64,000 nt of DNA from a virus: IMG/VR virus record IMGVR_UViG_3300022188_000006, positions 32,001 to 96,000 of that record. One strand, written 5' to 3'. The notes under the pieces were generated by a model. The model did not search any database and was not told the origin of the DNA. It worked only from the letters and a program-made list of their open reading frames with translations. A program made the translations under genes and the position numbers. Positions within the stretch are counted from its first letter, which is position 1; each line of letters begins with the position of its first letter. Shown here in pieces: positions 8,416-16,789 of this stretch.

Positions 8416-9899
8416 TCAGACAAAGTATCGGTCTTTCCGCTATTTGGGTTCGCGCCATAGCAGTTGGCGTAGCTTATCAGCATGTCCTGCATGTACCCCT
8501 CATAGAAGTGAGCACCCGCGCCATTCTGCCCTATGAAGAGCTTTCCGGAGAAGTTCCAGGTGCTTGCGAGCAGCTGGTAAGCCACCTGCTGTCCGTTGAG
8601 ATACACACCGACGTTGCTACCGACTCGTGCGAAAGTTATGTGATACCAGCTGGAAGTTGACCCAATTGACCCGCCAGAAATTTGAAACTGATATGAACCG
8701 CCACCTTTCAGGTCAAGACAGACTGCATTGCTAGCATTCTTGTAGAATATCCAGTAGTTGTTGGAGTCCTGATAATGACAATAGAATACTTCTGTTGTAG
8801 ACAGTCTACTGGGCCGAATCCACAACGCCACTATTGCTATGCCACTCGTAGAGGCAAACACGTCCCAATCAGGGCTGTCCGAAATATCGACGTAAGCGCT
8901 ATTGCCAGCACCAGCCACATAGCTTCTCGGCGGTGCTATGTAGCTGCCACGGCTAATCTGCCACTGACTCTGCCCAACTGGCGCATGTCTCTCCGTGTCG
9001 TCTACACATTGTATCCAATTTACGCCTCCGCCCTTCCAAACGGTGACGTTATTTGAGCAGAGCAATCGCAGATCTTCCTGACGAACCAAGCCGCCACTCT
9101 TGTTGACCACGTCCCAAGTGGTTCTATTGTGATCATAACGAATACACACCAAAGCCGTCGGGAGAAGTTCAATCCCGCGACCACTTGGAGATGTCCACAC
9201 TCGACTCGAATCACCAGGAGTTACCGTAATCACGTGAGCCGACTCGTTCTGAACCCACACGACGTGACCGTCCTCGCCGCTGCCCACGGCCGGCAGCGTC
9301 AGGGTACGGTCGGCGCTCGTGCTCGACGTGTAGCGGTAGAGCTTGCCCAGATCGTTCGTCGTGAGCGCGGTGTCGGCGGTGACCTCGACCTCGGTCGCCC
9401 AGCCCTGGTATCCGCTGACATACTGGCCTGGGCCAGAGCCGGGGCCAGCAATCTCCGTCACCACGACCCACCCAACAGTCGCATTCACGTAGACCAGGGT
9501 AAAACCACTGCCGTCAGTGTCAATAACTAGGTCTGTAGCGGAACCTTCGATGTTGGAGCCGTTGCGCGCGACTGTCAGCGTGTAGGTCGTCGCTTTGCGG
9601 TCCGCATCCTTTACTCCCACCTTGTCCCCCACAGACGGACTCGCTGGCAGCGTCAAGGTGACATTGGAAGAAGCAACGATCAGGTATCCATTCCCTGTGA
9701 CAGCCGCGGTATTCGCGGTGATAACTTGCCACGACATGCCCCCGCCACCGCCACTGCCGGCAAGGGCCTGGTCTATGCCCTTGAGATGGGCGGATATCTT
9801 TGTAGTGCTCTCCGCCCCCGCCGGGGTCGGCGTATAGTTCGCCGGAGTAGCATAACCGGCTCTTATCTTCCTGCCTGTGAGGCGTCCTATCAGTCCCAC
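8382..9899 (-). CDS. Tail fibre/adhesin with T4 gp9/gp10-like domains and C-terminal LamG domain (paralogue of 6766-8415)
   Basis: Same gp10-like modules; VALWIRP...SWYHITFAR...VYLNGQ...LFIG...FYEGYMQD. Confidence 0.8.
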   Translation of the reverse strand: MGLIGRLTGRKIRAGYATPANYTPTPAGAESTTKISAHLKGIDQALAGSGGGGGMSWQVITANTAAVTGNGYLIVASSNVTLTLPASPSVGDKVGVKDADRKATTYTLTVARNGSNIEGSATDLVIDTDGSGFTLVYVNATVGWVVVTEIAGPGSGPGQYVSGYQGWATEVEVTADTALTTNDLGKLYRYTSSTSADRTLTLPAVGSGEDGHVVWVQNESAHVITVTPGDSSRVWTSPSGRGIELLPTALVCIRYDHNRTTWDVVNKSGGLVRQEDLRLLCSNNVTVWKGGGVNWIQCVDDTERHAPVGQSQWQISRGSYIAPPRSYVAGAGNSAYVDISDSPDWDVFASTSGIAIVALWIRPSRLSTTEVFYCHYQDSNNYWIFYKNASNAVCLDLKGGGSYQFQISGGSIGSTSSWYHITFARVGSNVGVYLNGQQVAYQLLASTWNFSGKLFIGQNGAGAHFYEGYMQDMLISYANCYGANPNSGKTDTLSDWNHEFQGVMQ

Positions 9900-9952
9900 G
9901 TGCTGAATCCCTCGCAGATTGGATACAGTACTTAGTAGTTACCGCCTACGCT

Positions 9953-10174
9953 TTACGCTTTCTTCACGACAGTGTTATTCGCGGTGTTGTAGGTGTAGTT
10001 GCTGCTTCCATCATCAGCGATGAGGTCGTTCGGGATCTCGCCCGCTTGACCCTGGCCAAGCGCCTGTCCATCAGGCAGGTCAGCACTGACCTGATCGGGC
10101 TCAGCGAAAAAACCCGCGCCTTTCACGTCGTTCGTAGAAGTGTCGTAGATCGGATACCAAAGTGCATCGGACAT
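9953..10174 (-). CDS. 73-aa repeated acidic protein, copy 2
   Basis: Near-identical paralogue; AAGGAG SD. Confidence 0.85.
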   Translation of the reverse strand: MSDALWYPIYDTSTNDVKGAGFFAEPDQVSADLPDGQALGQGQAGEIPNDLIADDGSSNYTYNTANNTVVKKA

Positions 10175-10188
10175 GAGAGGACTCCTTT

Positions 10189-10968
10189 TTATAGGTCTAT
10201 GGTGTAACCAGAAACTCTAACATGGCAATTCCTAGCTGGAGTAAATGTGTCACTAGAGTGTAGATACACTTGTAATGTTTGGTTCACGATAGGGACTAGG
10301 ACAGAAAGATATTTAGTAGAATGCCTATCGGAACCATCTGTGGCGTAATAGGTACTAGTATCTACCGATCCTATGCGCGTCATCCTTGATGTATCTCGAT
10401 CAGGTGAAGCTGCAAAGACACCCCAACTGGCCTCACTTCCGTTTGATGGATATTGATAGGTGTCATAATATACCGAAGCTGTCATAACTGGCACTAATGA
10501 AGATAAGCTATATGTTCTCCAAGAATTAGTTTGCCAGGTTGTGCTGAAAACTGTCTCTGATGCAGTGACTAAATTGCCTCGCTGGAGAAAATGCTTGAAG
10601 TTGCTACTCCCATCATTCCTCACAGCTCCCACCAGACGCTTCTTGTCATAACCGGAGGGCAAAGTAGGATTGCTTGAAGACGCAGAGAGCAAACCAGCCA
10701 CCGTCTCAGTGGAAGGATTCCAGATCATATAGATGTAGTACCAGGTATCCGAGGCTTCAGAGCCTTGGTCCAGACCATTGACACCAGAATTCGTGATGTC
10801 CACAGTGATGTCCGCACCTGCTTCCATCACGATACTGCCATCATCCGCGCCAACTGCCGAGCCCTGCTTGATGACAACCTGAGTGCTGTTGCTGCACTCG
10901 ATGTGCAAGTTGCGGATGATGTTCTTCGCTATCCAGGCGTTAACCTGATCTGCTGCTAACTGAGTCAT
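10189..10968 (-). CDS. Constant-N/variable-C putative receptor-binding protein
   Basis: Same N-terminal domain; start moved to the ATG at 10968 (SD AGGAG 8 nt upstream; matches paralogue N-termini); ends GYTIDL. Confidence 0.8.
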   Translation of the reverse strand: MTQLAADQVNAWIAKNIIRNLHIECSNSTQVVIKQGSAVGADDGSIVMEAGADITVDITNSGVNGLDQGSEASDTWYYIYMIWNPSTETVAGLLSASSSNPTLPSGYDKKRLVGAVRNDGSSNFKHFLQRGNLVTASETVFSTTWQTNSWRTYSLSSLVPVMTASVYYDTYQYPSNGSEASWGVFAASPDRDTSRMTRIGSVDTSTYYATDGSDRHSTKYLSVLVPIVNQTLQVYLHSSDTFTPARNCHVRVSGYTIDL

Positions 10969-10995
10969 TGTGATTGCTCCTGTAACACAGGACAT

Positions 10996-11751
10996 TTAGA
11001 TGTCTAAGCTGAACCCGAGGACGAGCACGCCCAGAGTGATTGTATCTGAGTATTGCTTAGCAAATGTCAACACCCACGTGTTGGGTTCCACAACCAAATC
11101 TCTATGAATAGCTTGCGTTAACGCAAAAGTTGAATAGCGGTCCCCGTAGCTAAATCGTTGCCAAATTGAAGATAAATGCTTCACCCAAACTTGTTGATCG
11201 TAGTTTGAACCAGGAGTGAGATAAGACATCAACTGCAGTTCAGTTACAATCGGATAAGGGGCTGCTGACGCATAACTGATAGCAGTTCCACCATTAGAAA
11301 CCGTAGCCACGTCTGAAGTGAAAAGGGAAATCTCCGCACCGTATACTACTTTTTTCCCCAATTGGCGAAACTCGATAAAATTGCTACTGGAATTGTTTCT
11401 TACAGCGCCAATCAAACGCTTCTTGTCATAGCCAGAGGGCAGAGTAGGATTGGTCGAAGAGGCAGAGAAGAGTCCGGCTGCTGTGGAGGTCGTGCTGTTC
11501 CATATCAGCCAGATGTAGTACCACGTATTGGCCGCTTCACTCCCAGTATCCAGCCCGTTTGCACCGCTGTTCGTGATGTCTACAGTAATATCGGAACCAG
11601 CTGTAATGACGACAGAGCCGTCATCCGCGCCTACGGCGCTCCCCTGCTTAATAACCACCTGGGAAGCCGCGGAACACTCGACCCGCAGACTCTCTATGAC
11701 GCGCCGGACCAGGTACGCATTTACTTGGCTGGGCGGAATGGTCGTACCCAT
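10996..11751 (-). CDS. Constant-N/variable-C putative receptor-binding protein
   Basis: Same N-terminal domain; ends GFSLDI. Confidence 0.8.
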   Translation of the reverse strand: MGTTIPPSQVNAYLVRRVIESLRVECSAASQVVIKQGSAVGADDGSVVITAGSDITVDITNSGANGLDTGSEAANTWYYIWLIWNSTTSTAAGLFSASSTNPTLPSGYDKKRLIGAVRNNSSSNFIEFRQLGKKVVYGAEISLFTSDVATVSNGGTAISYASAAPYPIVTELQLMSYLTPGSNYDQQVWVKHLSSIWQRFSYGDRYSTFALTQAIHRDLVVEPNTWVLTFAKQYSDTITLGVLVLGFSLDI

Positions 11752-11797
11752 CTTTGCCTTCCTTCCTTTTGCATCGTGCGCAGCAGACTAACCTTTA

Positions 11798-12019
11798 TCA
11801 CGACTTCGGATTCACTGTGTTGGTGGACGTGTTGTAGGTGTAGTTGCTGCTTCCATCATCAGCGATGAGGTCGTTCGGAATCTCTCCCGCCTGACCCTGG
11901 CCAAGGGCCTGTCCGTCGGGTAGGTCAGCACTGACCTGATCAGGCTCAGCGAAAAAACCCGCGCCTTTCACGTCGTTCGTGGAGGTGTCATAGATTGGAT
12001 ACCAAAGTTCGTTGGACAT
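11798..12019 (-). CDS. 73-aa repeated acidic protein, copy 3
   Basis: Near-identical paralogue; AAGGAG SD. Confidence 0.85.
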   Translation of the reverse strand: MSNELWYPIYDTSTNDVKGAGFFAEPDQVSADLPDGQALGQGQAGEIPNDLIADDGSSNYTYNTSTNTVNPKS

Positions 12020-12056
12020 TGCTGAAACTCCTTGTTAAGACATCAGAGTCTGGTTC

Positions 12057-12815
12057 TCAAATGTCCAGAGTAAAACCACGAATATCAATGATCGCCGCCC
12101 CCTTGGACGACGGTGCATACGCTGTGTATGCCTTAATAGTTCTATTCCTCAGTATGGTCTTCGTGTCCGAAACATCGGCATGCGCTTTTGTTTGGTCATA
12201 GTCTTCTGTTGCCAGAGTCGCAAGGATGATAGTCCCGGTATCATCCAGTACACGAATGTTCTGATAATTGATCCCTTGATTAGCATATCTCCAGACCTGA
12301 AAGTGCACCACGCAACCAACAGCCTTCTCAGGTACAGATGCAGAAAGAGACAAGGTAGTCGGTGTAGTTGAGGCCCAACCACTCACGATGTTACCGAAAC
12401 CACCTTTGACCTCTTTTCCACGCTGAAAAAACTGCAGGAAATTCGAGGATGAATCGTTGCGCACTGCCCCCACCAGCCTCTTCTTCGTATAACCGGAAGG
12501 CAAGGTAGGAGCGGTAGAGGAAGCTGACAGAAGCCCTGCCACCGTCTCAGTGGAAGGGTTCCAGATCATATAGATGTAGTACCAGGTATTGGCAGCTTCA
12601 CTTCCGGTATCTAGGCCGTTAGCACCGGAATTCGTGATGTCCACGGTAATGTCCGCGCCCGCTTCCATCACCACTGAACCGTCATCAGCGCCTACACTGG
12701 AACCCGCCTTGATCACAACCTGACTGGCCGCCGAGCACTCGATATGTAGGTTGTGAATGAGTGTCTTTGTAAGCCAGGAATTGATGTGGTCTGCTGGAAT
12801 TTTTGTCTCGGCCAT
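12057..12815 (-). CDS. Constant-N/variable-C putative receptor-binding protein
   Basis: Same N-terminal domain; ends GFTLDI. Confidence 0.8.
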   Translation of the reverse strand: MAETKIPADHINSWLTKTLIHNLHIECSAASQVVIKAGSSVGADDGSVVMEAGADITVDITNSGANGLDTGSEAANTWYYIYMIWNPSTETVAGLLSASSTAPTLPSGYTKKRLVGAVRNDSSSNFLQFFQRGKEVKGGFGNIVSGWASTTPTTLSLSASVPEKAVGCVVHFQVWRYANQGINYQNIRVLDDTGTIILATLATEDYDQTKAHADVSDTKTILRNRTIKAYTAYAPSSKGAAIIDIRGFTLDI

Positions 12816-12854
12816 TTTTGATCCTCACCGGATATTATTGGTTTGGCTGATCAC

Positions 12855-12953
12855 TTATCCATTCCTCAGTGCGCAATCTCTCTCAGTACATAAGCCACGG
12901 GTAGCACTCTTCACTATCCAAGCATTAGCCTGATCGGATGCGAGACGTGCCAT
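12855..12953 (-). pseudogene. N-terminal stub of a variable-tip gene (MARLASDQANAWIVKS...)
   Basis: Same leader AGGAGCAATCACAATG as the gene starting at 10968, and a similar N-terminus (MTQLAADQVNAWIAKN), but stops after 32 codons. Confidence 0.75.
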
Positions 12954-12981
12954 TGTGATTGCTCCTAACTGTTCACGTCGG

Positions 12982-13125
12982 CTACAATGCGACTTGATAG
13001 CCTAAGATTTCCAGTGTGAACTGGACTGTTTCGTTATATGCCTTTCCAAAGGCCAAGCTGGTCTGCCCCGGCTTCACGATCAAATCCTGATGTACAACAG
13101 CAGAGTAGAACTCGTCGATGGTCAT
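12982..13125 (-). pseudogene. C-terminal remnant of a variable-tip gene (47 aa)
   Basis: AVVHQDLIVKPGQTSLAFGKAYNETVQFTLEILGYQVAL aligns with the end of 10996-11751 (QAIHRDLVVEPNTWVLTFAKQYSDTITLGVLVLGFSLDI); has its own AAGGAG SD and ATG. Confidence 0.75.
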
Positions 13126-13136
13126 GGAGCGCTCCT

Positions 13137-13358
13137 TCACGACTTTGGCTCAACGGTATTGGTGGACGTGTTGTAGGTGTAGTTGCTGCTTCCGTCATCA
13201 GCGATGAGGTCGTTCGGGATCTCGCCCGTCTGACCCTGGCCAAGGGCCTGTCCATCAGGCAAGTCAGCACTGACCTGATCAGGCTCCGCGAAGAAGCCTG
13301 CGCCCTTCACGTCGTTCGTGGAGGTGTCGTAAATCGGACACCAAAGTTCGTTGGACAT
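13137..13358 (-). CDS. 73-aa repeated acidic protein, copy 4
   Basis: Near-identical paralogue; AAGGAG SD. Confidence 0.85.
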   Translation of the reverse strand: MSNELWCPIYDTSTNDVKGAGFFAEPDQVSADLPDGQALGQGQTGEIPNDLIADDGSSNYTYNTSTNTVEPKS

Positions 13359-13385
13359 TGTTGGGACTCCTTCACTATAAAATTT

Positions 13386-14141
13386 TTATAAATCAAGCAT
13401 ATAACCATACGAATAGATTGTCGCACTGGGGTTATTGTAATTATCACTCACATAATATTGAATAGTCGTCGTTTTTCCAAAAATGAGGTTGCTAGTCATG
13501 TCATAATCAGCTTGAGCGTATGCATCAGCACTACGCCTATTTGAGTATGCTACAGCGTAACTTGGACTTGAAGAGTTTTTCCTTACTTGTATGCTAATTG
13601 TATTGTGCCCAGAGCCAGGTAAAGCCACATAACCACGTATATTTAAGCTCACAGAGAGATCCGTCGGAGCGATACTAGCAAGGTTTATTGTTGTCCAGGA
13701 CGTTAGCGCGCCAGAAGCAATAGTTATATCGCTGTGCGTCACGTAGTTGTTGTACTGCGTAAAGCGTATAAAGCTGCTACTGGAATTGTTCCTCACAGCT
13801 CCCACCAGCCTTTTCTTCGTATAACCGGAGGGCAAGACCGGAGCAGTGGCAGAAGCTGACAGCAAGCCAGCTACGGTACCATCCGAGCTATTCCAGATAA
13901 GGTAGATGTAATACCAGGTATTGGCAGTCTCAGAACCAGTGTCCAGGCCATTGGCACCACTATTCGTGATGTCCACCGTAATGTCTGAACTAAGTGACAT
14001 CACCACTGCTCCGTCATCGCTGCCGACAGCAGACCCGGCTTTGATGACCACCTGTGATGCGGACGAAGACTCAATATGCAGGTTGTGGATCAGCGTCTTC
14101 GTGATGAATGCGTCAACCTGGTAAGGTGCAAATCGCGACAT
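13386..14141 (-). CDS. Constant-N/variable-C putative receptor-binding protein
   Basis: Same N-terminal domain; strongly AT-rich C-terminal half; ends GYMLDL. Confidence 0.8.
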   Translation of the reverse strand: MSRFAPYQVDAFITKTLIHNLHIESSSASQVVIKAGSAVGSDDGAVVMSLSSDITVDITNSGANGLDTGSETANTWYYIYLIWNSSDGTVAGLLSASATAPVLPSGYTKKRLVGAVRNNSSSSFIRFTQYNNYVTHSDITIASGALTSWTTINLASIAPTDLSVSLNIRGYVALPGSGHNTISIQVRKNSSSPSYAVAYSNRRSADAYAQADYDMTSNLIFGKTTTIQYYVSDNYNNPSATIYSYGYMLDL

Positions 14142-14152
14142 GCGCCGCCCTC

Positions 14153-15106
14153 CTAGATCTTATGGAAGCAAACTTCCTCGCCGCCAACCATGGCATTGTT
14201 AAAAGTCACACTGGTGGTGCTCGTCTCCGTGTACTCGGAAAGGCTCGCCTTTTTGCCGTTGACGAACACCAGAAGCCGGTTGCTCCCGGGCGTGTAGGCA
14301 AACCCAGATATGTTGAACACAGTCTGTCCCACGCTCGCTGTCTGACACTCGACTGAAGCCGGACCCTGGTCAGTCGGAACAGGTTTAACAGTGTAAAACT
14401 CAAAGACATCGCCTGCCAAGGCTCCATTCGCCAAAGTCACAGTTGTGCTGTTTGTTTTGGTGTAGAGGCTGTTGTCGAGAATCTGCCCGTTACGCACCAC
14501 GAAGATTGCATAACGGGGGTTGTATGTGATTTCGTTGAGCGTGAAAACAGTTTGATTTGCGGTGGCCACCTGGCGTTCGCTCACCATTACGGCCTCACCG
14601 ATGCTATCGGTGCCGCAGATAAACTTCATCACCGAGACCTTTGTCCCGCTGGTACGGCCGGTATTGAACACGACATCATTGCCGGAAAACACGTAATCCG
14701 CGGTATACGTCATAAGCACTCCACCGCTCATGACAATTGTGTTCCCGCGATTCGGCGGAGCACAGTGTGAACAGGTAAAAGTAGTCTGATTGGCGGTTGC
14801 GACAAAGTCGTCGCGCTCCATGCAGGTCCCGGCACTGCTCGGCCCCGCACCAGACAGTCCCTGTATCACGGTGACTTTTTGTCCGGCCGCACAACCACTT
14901 GTGAATACCACGTCATTGCCGCTAAACGAGTAGTCAGCGGGACTGTACTGCAGCACCTTGCCGTAGAACACAAGCGTGTTACTCTCATTGGGACTGATGT
15001 TCGACAAGGTAAACGTCGTCTGATTGGCACTGGCTGTGAACTCCTCCTTCAGGAAGTAGCCCACGCCGGCAAAGCCACCGAAATACTCACTCAGATTAAG
15101 GCTCAT
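14153..15106 (-). CDS. Virion protein made of four ~65-aa beta-repeat modules
   Basis: Four copies of 'E.(F/Q).ATANQT.F.....L.V..NG.....Y......V.F.......G..V'. Confidence 0.8.
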   Translation of the reverse strand: MSLNLSEYFGGFAGVGYFLKEEFTASANQTTFTLSNISPNESNTLVFYGKVLQYSPADYSFSGNDVVFTSGCAAGQKVTVIQGLSGAGPSSAGTCMERDDFVATANQTTFTCSHCAPPNRGNTIVMSGGVLMTYTADYVFSGNDVVFNTGRTSGTKVSVMKFICGTDSIGEAVMVSERQVATANQTVFTLNEITYNPRYAIFVVRNGQILDNSLYTKTNSTTVTLANGALAGDVFEFYTVKPVPTDQGPASVECQTASVGQTVFNISGFAYTPGSNRLLVFVNGKKASLSEYTETSTTSVTFNNAMVGGEEVCFHKI

Positions 15107-15145
15107 CGCTTTGTTCCTTGTTCAGCCTGTCAGATTCGTCCCAGG

Positions 15146-16768
15146 TCAAATGCTTAACTTGTATCCCATGCAGTAGATATCCGCACGATCATAGCTGTCG
15201 CCGCACCTGAAATAAAAGACAGAGCCTCTGAGAGTAAGAGGCGGAACGCTTGCCTTGATACTCCAGTTTCCAGAGGTAACGGCGTCTCCCTGCTGAATAA
15301 CCGCATAAAAGTTTCCTGCAGAGTCGGCAGACAAATAGAGAGCAGTTCCCGTCGAGGTATTACCAGTCGGAATGCGACTCCAGCCCCACAAGTGAATCTG
15401 CGATGTAATCCAGACCGGCGCGGCAGGGCTTACAGCCACAGAGGTGTAAGACGTAGCGTTGACACTTGAAGCAAGAAGCTGTGTCTGAATCTGAACATCC
15501 CGATTTATCTGCCGGAACCAAACGAAATTACTACCTCCATTGTTGCGCACCGCACCAAGCAGCCGCTTAGCCGTGTAGCCGGCAGGCAACGTCGGCGATG
15601 TGTAAGAGGTAGACAGCAGACCTGCTGCATTGCTGCCATCCCAAATCAGGTAGATGTAGTACCAGGTATTCGCAGCCTCGGAACCTGTATCGAGACCATT
15701 TGCACCAGAAGTCGTGATATCGACCGTGATATCGGAACTCAGGTTAACGACTTGACTTCCGTCATCGAGGCCAACCTTTGACCCAGACTTTATGACCACT
15801 TGGTTGTTGTTATCACAACGTATCTCCAGGTCCTGAGTAAAACCAGCTATGATATTCGGGTCTCCGCCACCGGAAGCTGACCCCGTCACCGCCTGGAACT
15901 TGATGACCTCTATCTTCTCACTTGTACTCGTGATCGCGTTTGTGAGCGTAATACTGTTCGTACTGGTCTCAGTGTAATCCTGCGTGGCAATCTGAACATT
16001 TCCGTTGCGCCGCACCTCAATCTGGTGGATACCCTGAACATACGAGAAGGAGAGGTTCAGCACGGTGGTTCCAACGGCCATGTTCTGAAACAACTGGTAA
16101 TCAACGGCAACGTCCGAGACACCTTTCAGGGCGTAGACTTCGATGACCTCCCCAGAAGCTGCAGGCTCTGCAAGGGTCACAACGCTTGAACTGGTCTTCG
16201 TGTACTCGTCCTGATTGAGGACCTGGCCGTTCTTCGTCACGATAATCGCGTGACCAGTGTCATAGCTGATGCTGGCCAGAGTTACAACGGTCTGGCCGGC
16301 AGTCATCACTTGCTTTTCAGATACAAGCACGGACGGCGTGGTAGTACTCCCTCCTCCACCGCCGCCACCTTTGCTTAGGAACTCACGCGCATCCGTAATG
16401 TCAGCTGCATCAATGACGACCGAAGCGGATTCATCTATCTTGATAATAGCTATCGCCAGCTTGTCGGAGGGAAAAGCCGGAGCATTGGCAAAAGGACTTC
16501 CGGAGCCAGCCGTAACTTCGCTTCCCTGGGCAACCGCCAAATTGCCGCTGTCGTCGACAACCAACAGGTCATATCGCTCCTTGCCAGCACCAGAAACTGC
16601 CGCAAAAGCCGGACTGGTTGTAGGACTCGTGATTTCAACAAAGCCGGACCCGTCGCTCTTGACATGCTTTCCGGGCGAGACAATCACCGTCGCATTAGCC
16701 GTGGGCTGCGGCCTGACGAAATAATCCGCAACAAGAGCGAGGCGTAGTGGATGAACTCTGGAATCCAT
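15146..16768 (-). CDS. Tail fibre: anchor module + two beta-repeat modules + constant/variable tip domain
   Basis: N-terminal module shared with 17579-20674 (RYDL.V.D..G...GSEV...P..NAP...DKLAIAII...DITD.REFL); C-terminal half is a member of the tip family, ending GYKLSI. Confidence 0.8.
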   Translation of the reverse strand: MDSRVHPLRLALVADYFVRPQPTANATVIVSPGKHVKSDGSGFVEITSPTTSPAFAAVSGAGKERYDLLVVDDSGNLAVAQGSEVTAGSGSPFANAPAFPSDKLAIAIIKIDESASVVIDAADITDAREFLSKGGGGGGGSTTTPSVLVSEKQVMTAGQTVVTLASISYDTGHAIIVTKNGQVLNQDEYTKTSSSVVTLAEPAASGEVIEVYALKGVSDVAVDYQLFQNMAVGTTVLNLSFSYVQGIHQIEVRRNGNVQIATQDYTETSTNSITLTNAITSTSEKIEVIKFQAVTGSASGGGDPNIIAGFTQDLEIRCDNNNQVVIKSGSKVGLDDGSQVVNLSSDITVDITTSGANGLDTGSEAANTWYYIYLIWDGSNAAGLLSTSYTSPTLPAGYTAKRLLGAVRNNGGSNFVWFRQINRDVQIQTQLLASSVNATSYTSVAVSPAAPVWITSQIHLWGWSRIPTGNTSTGTALYLSADSAGNFYAVIQQGDAVTSGNWSIKASVPPLTLRGSVFYFRCGDSYDRADIYCMGYKLSI

Positions 16769-16789
16769 GTCGCGTTTTCCTTTTCGCGA

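Noticed and set aside
13034-13270. 78-aa minus-strand ORF overlapping 73-aa copy 4
   Set aside because: Alternative frame of the repeat gene; the region is better explained by copy 4 plus the 47-aa remnant.
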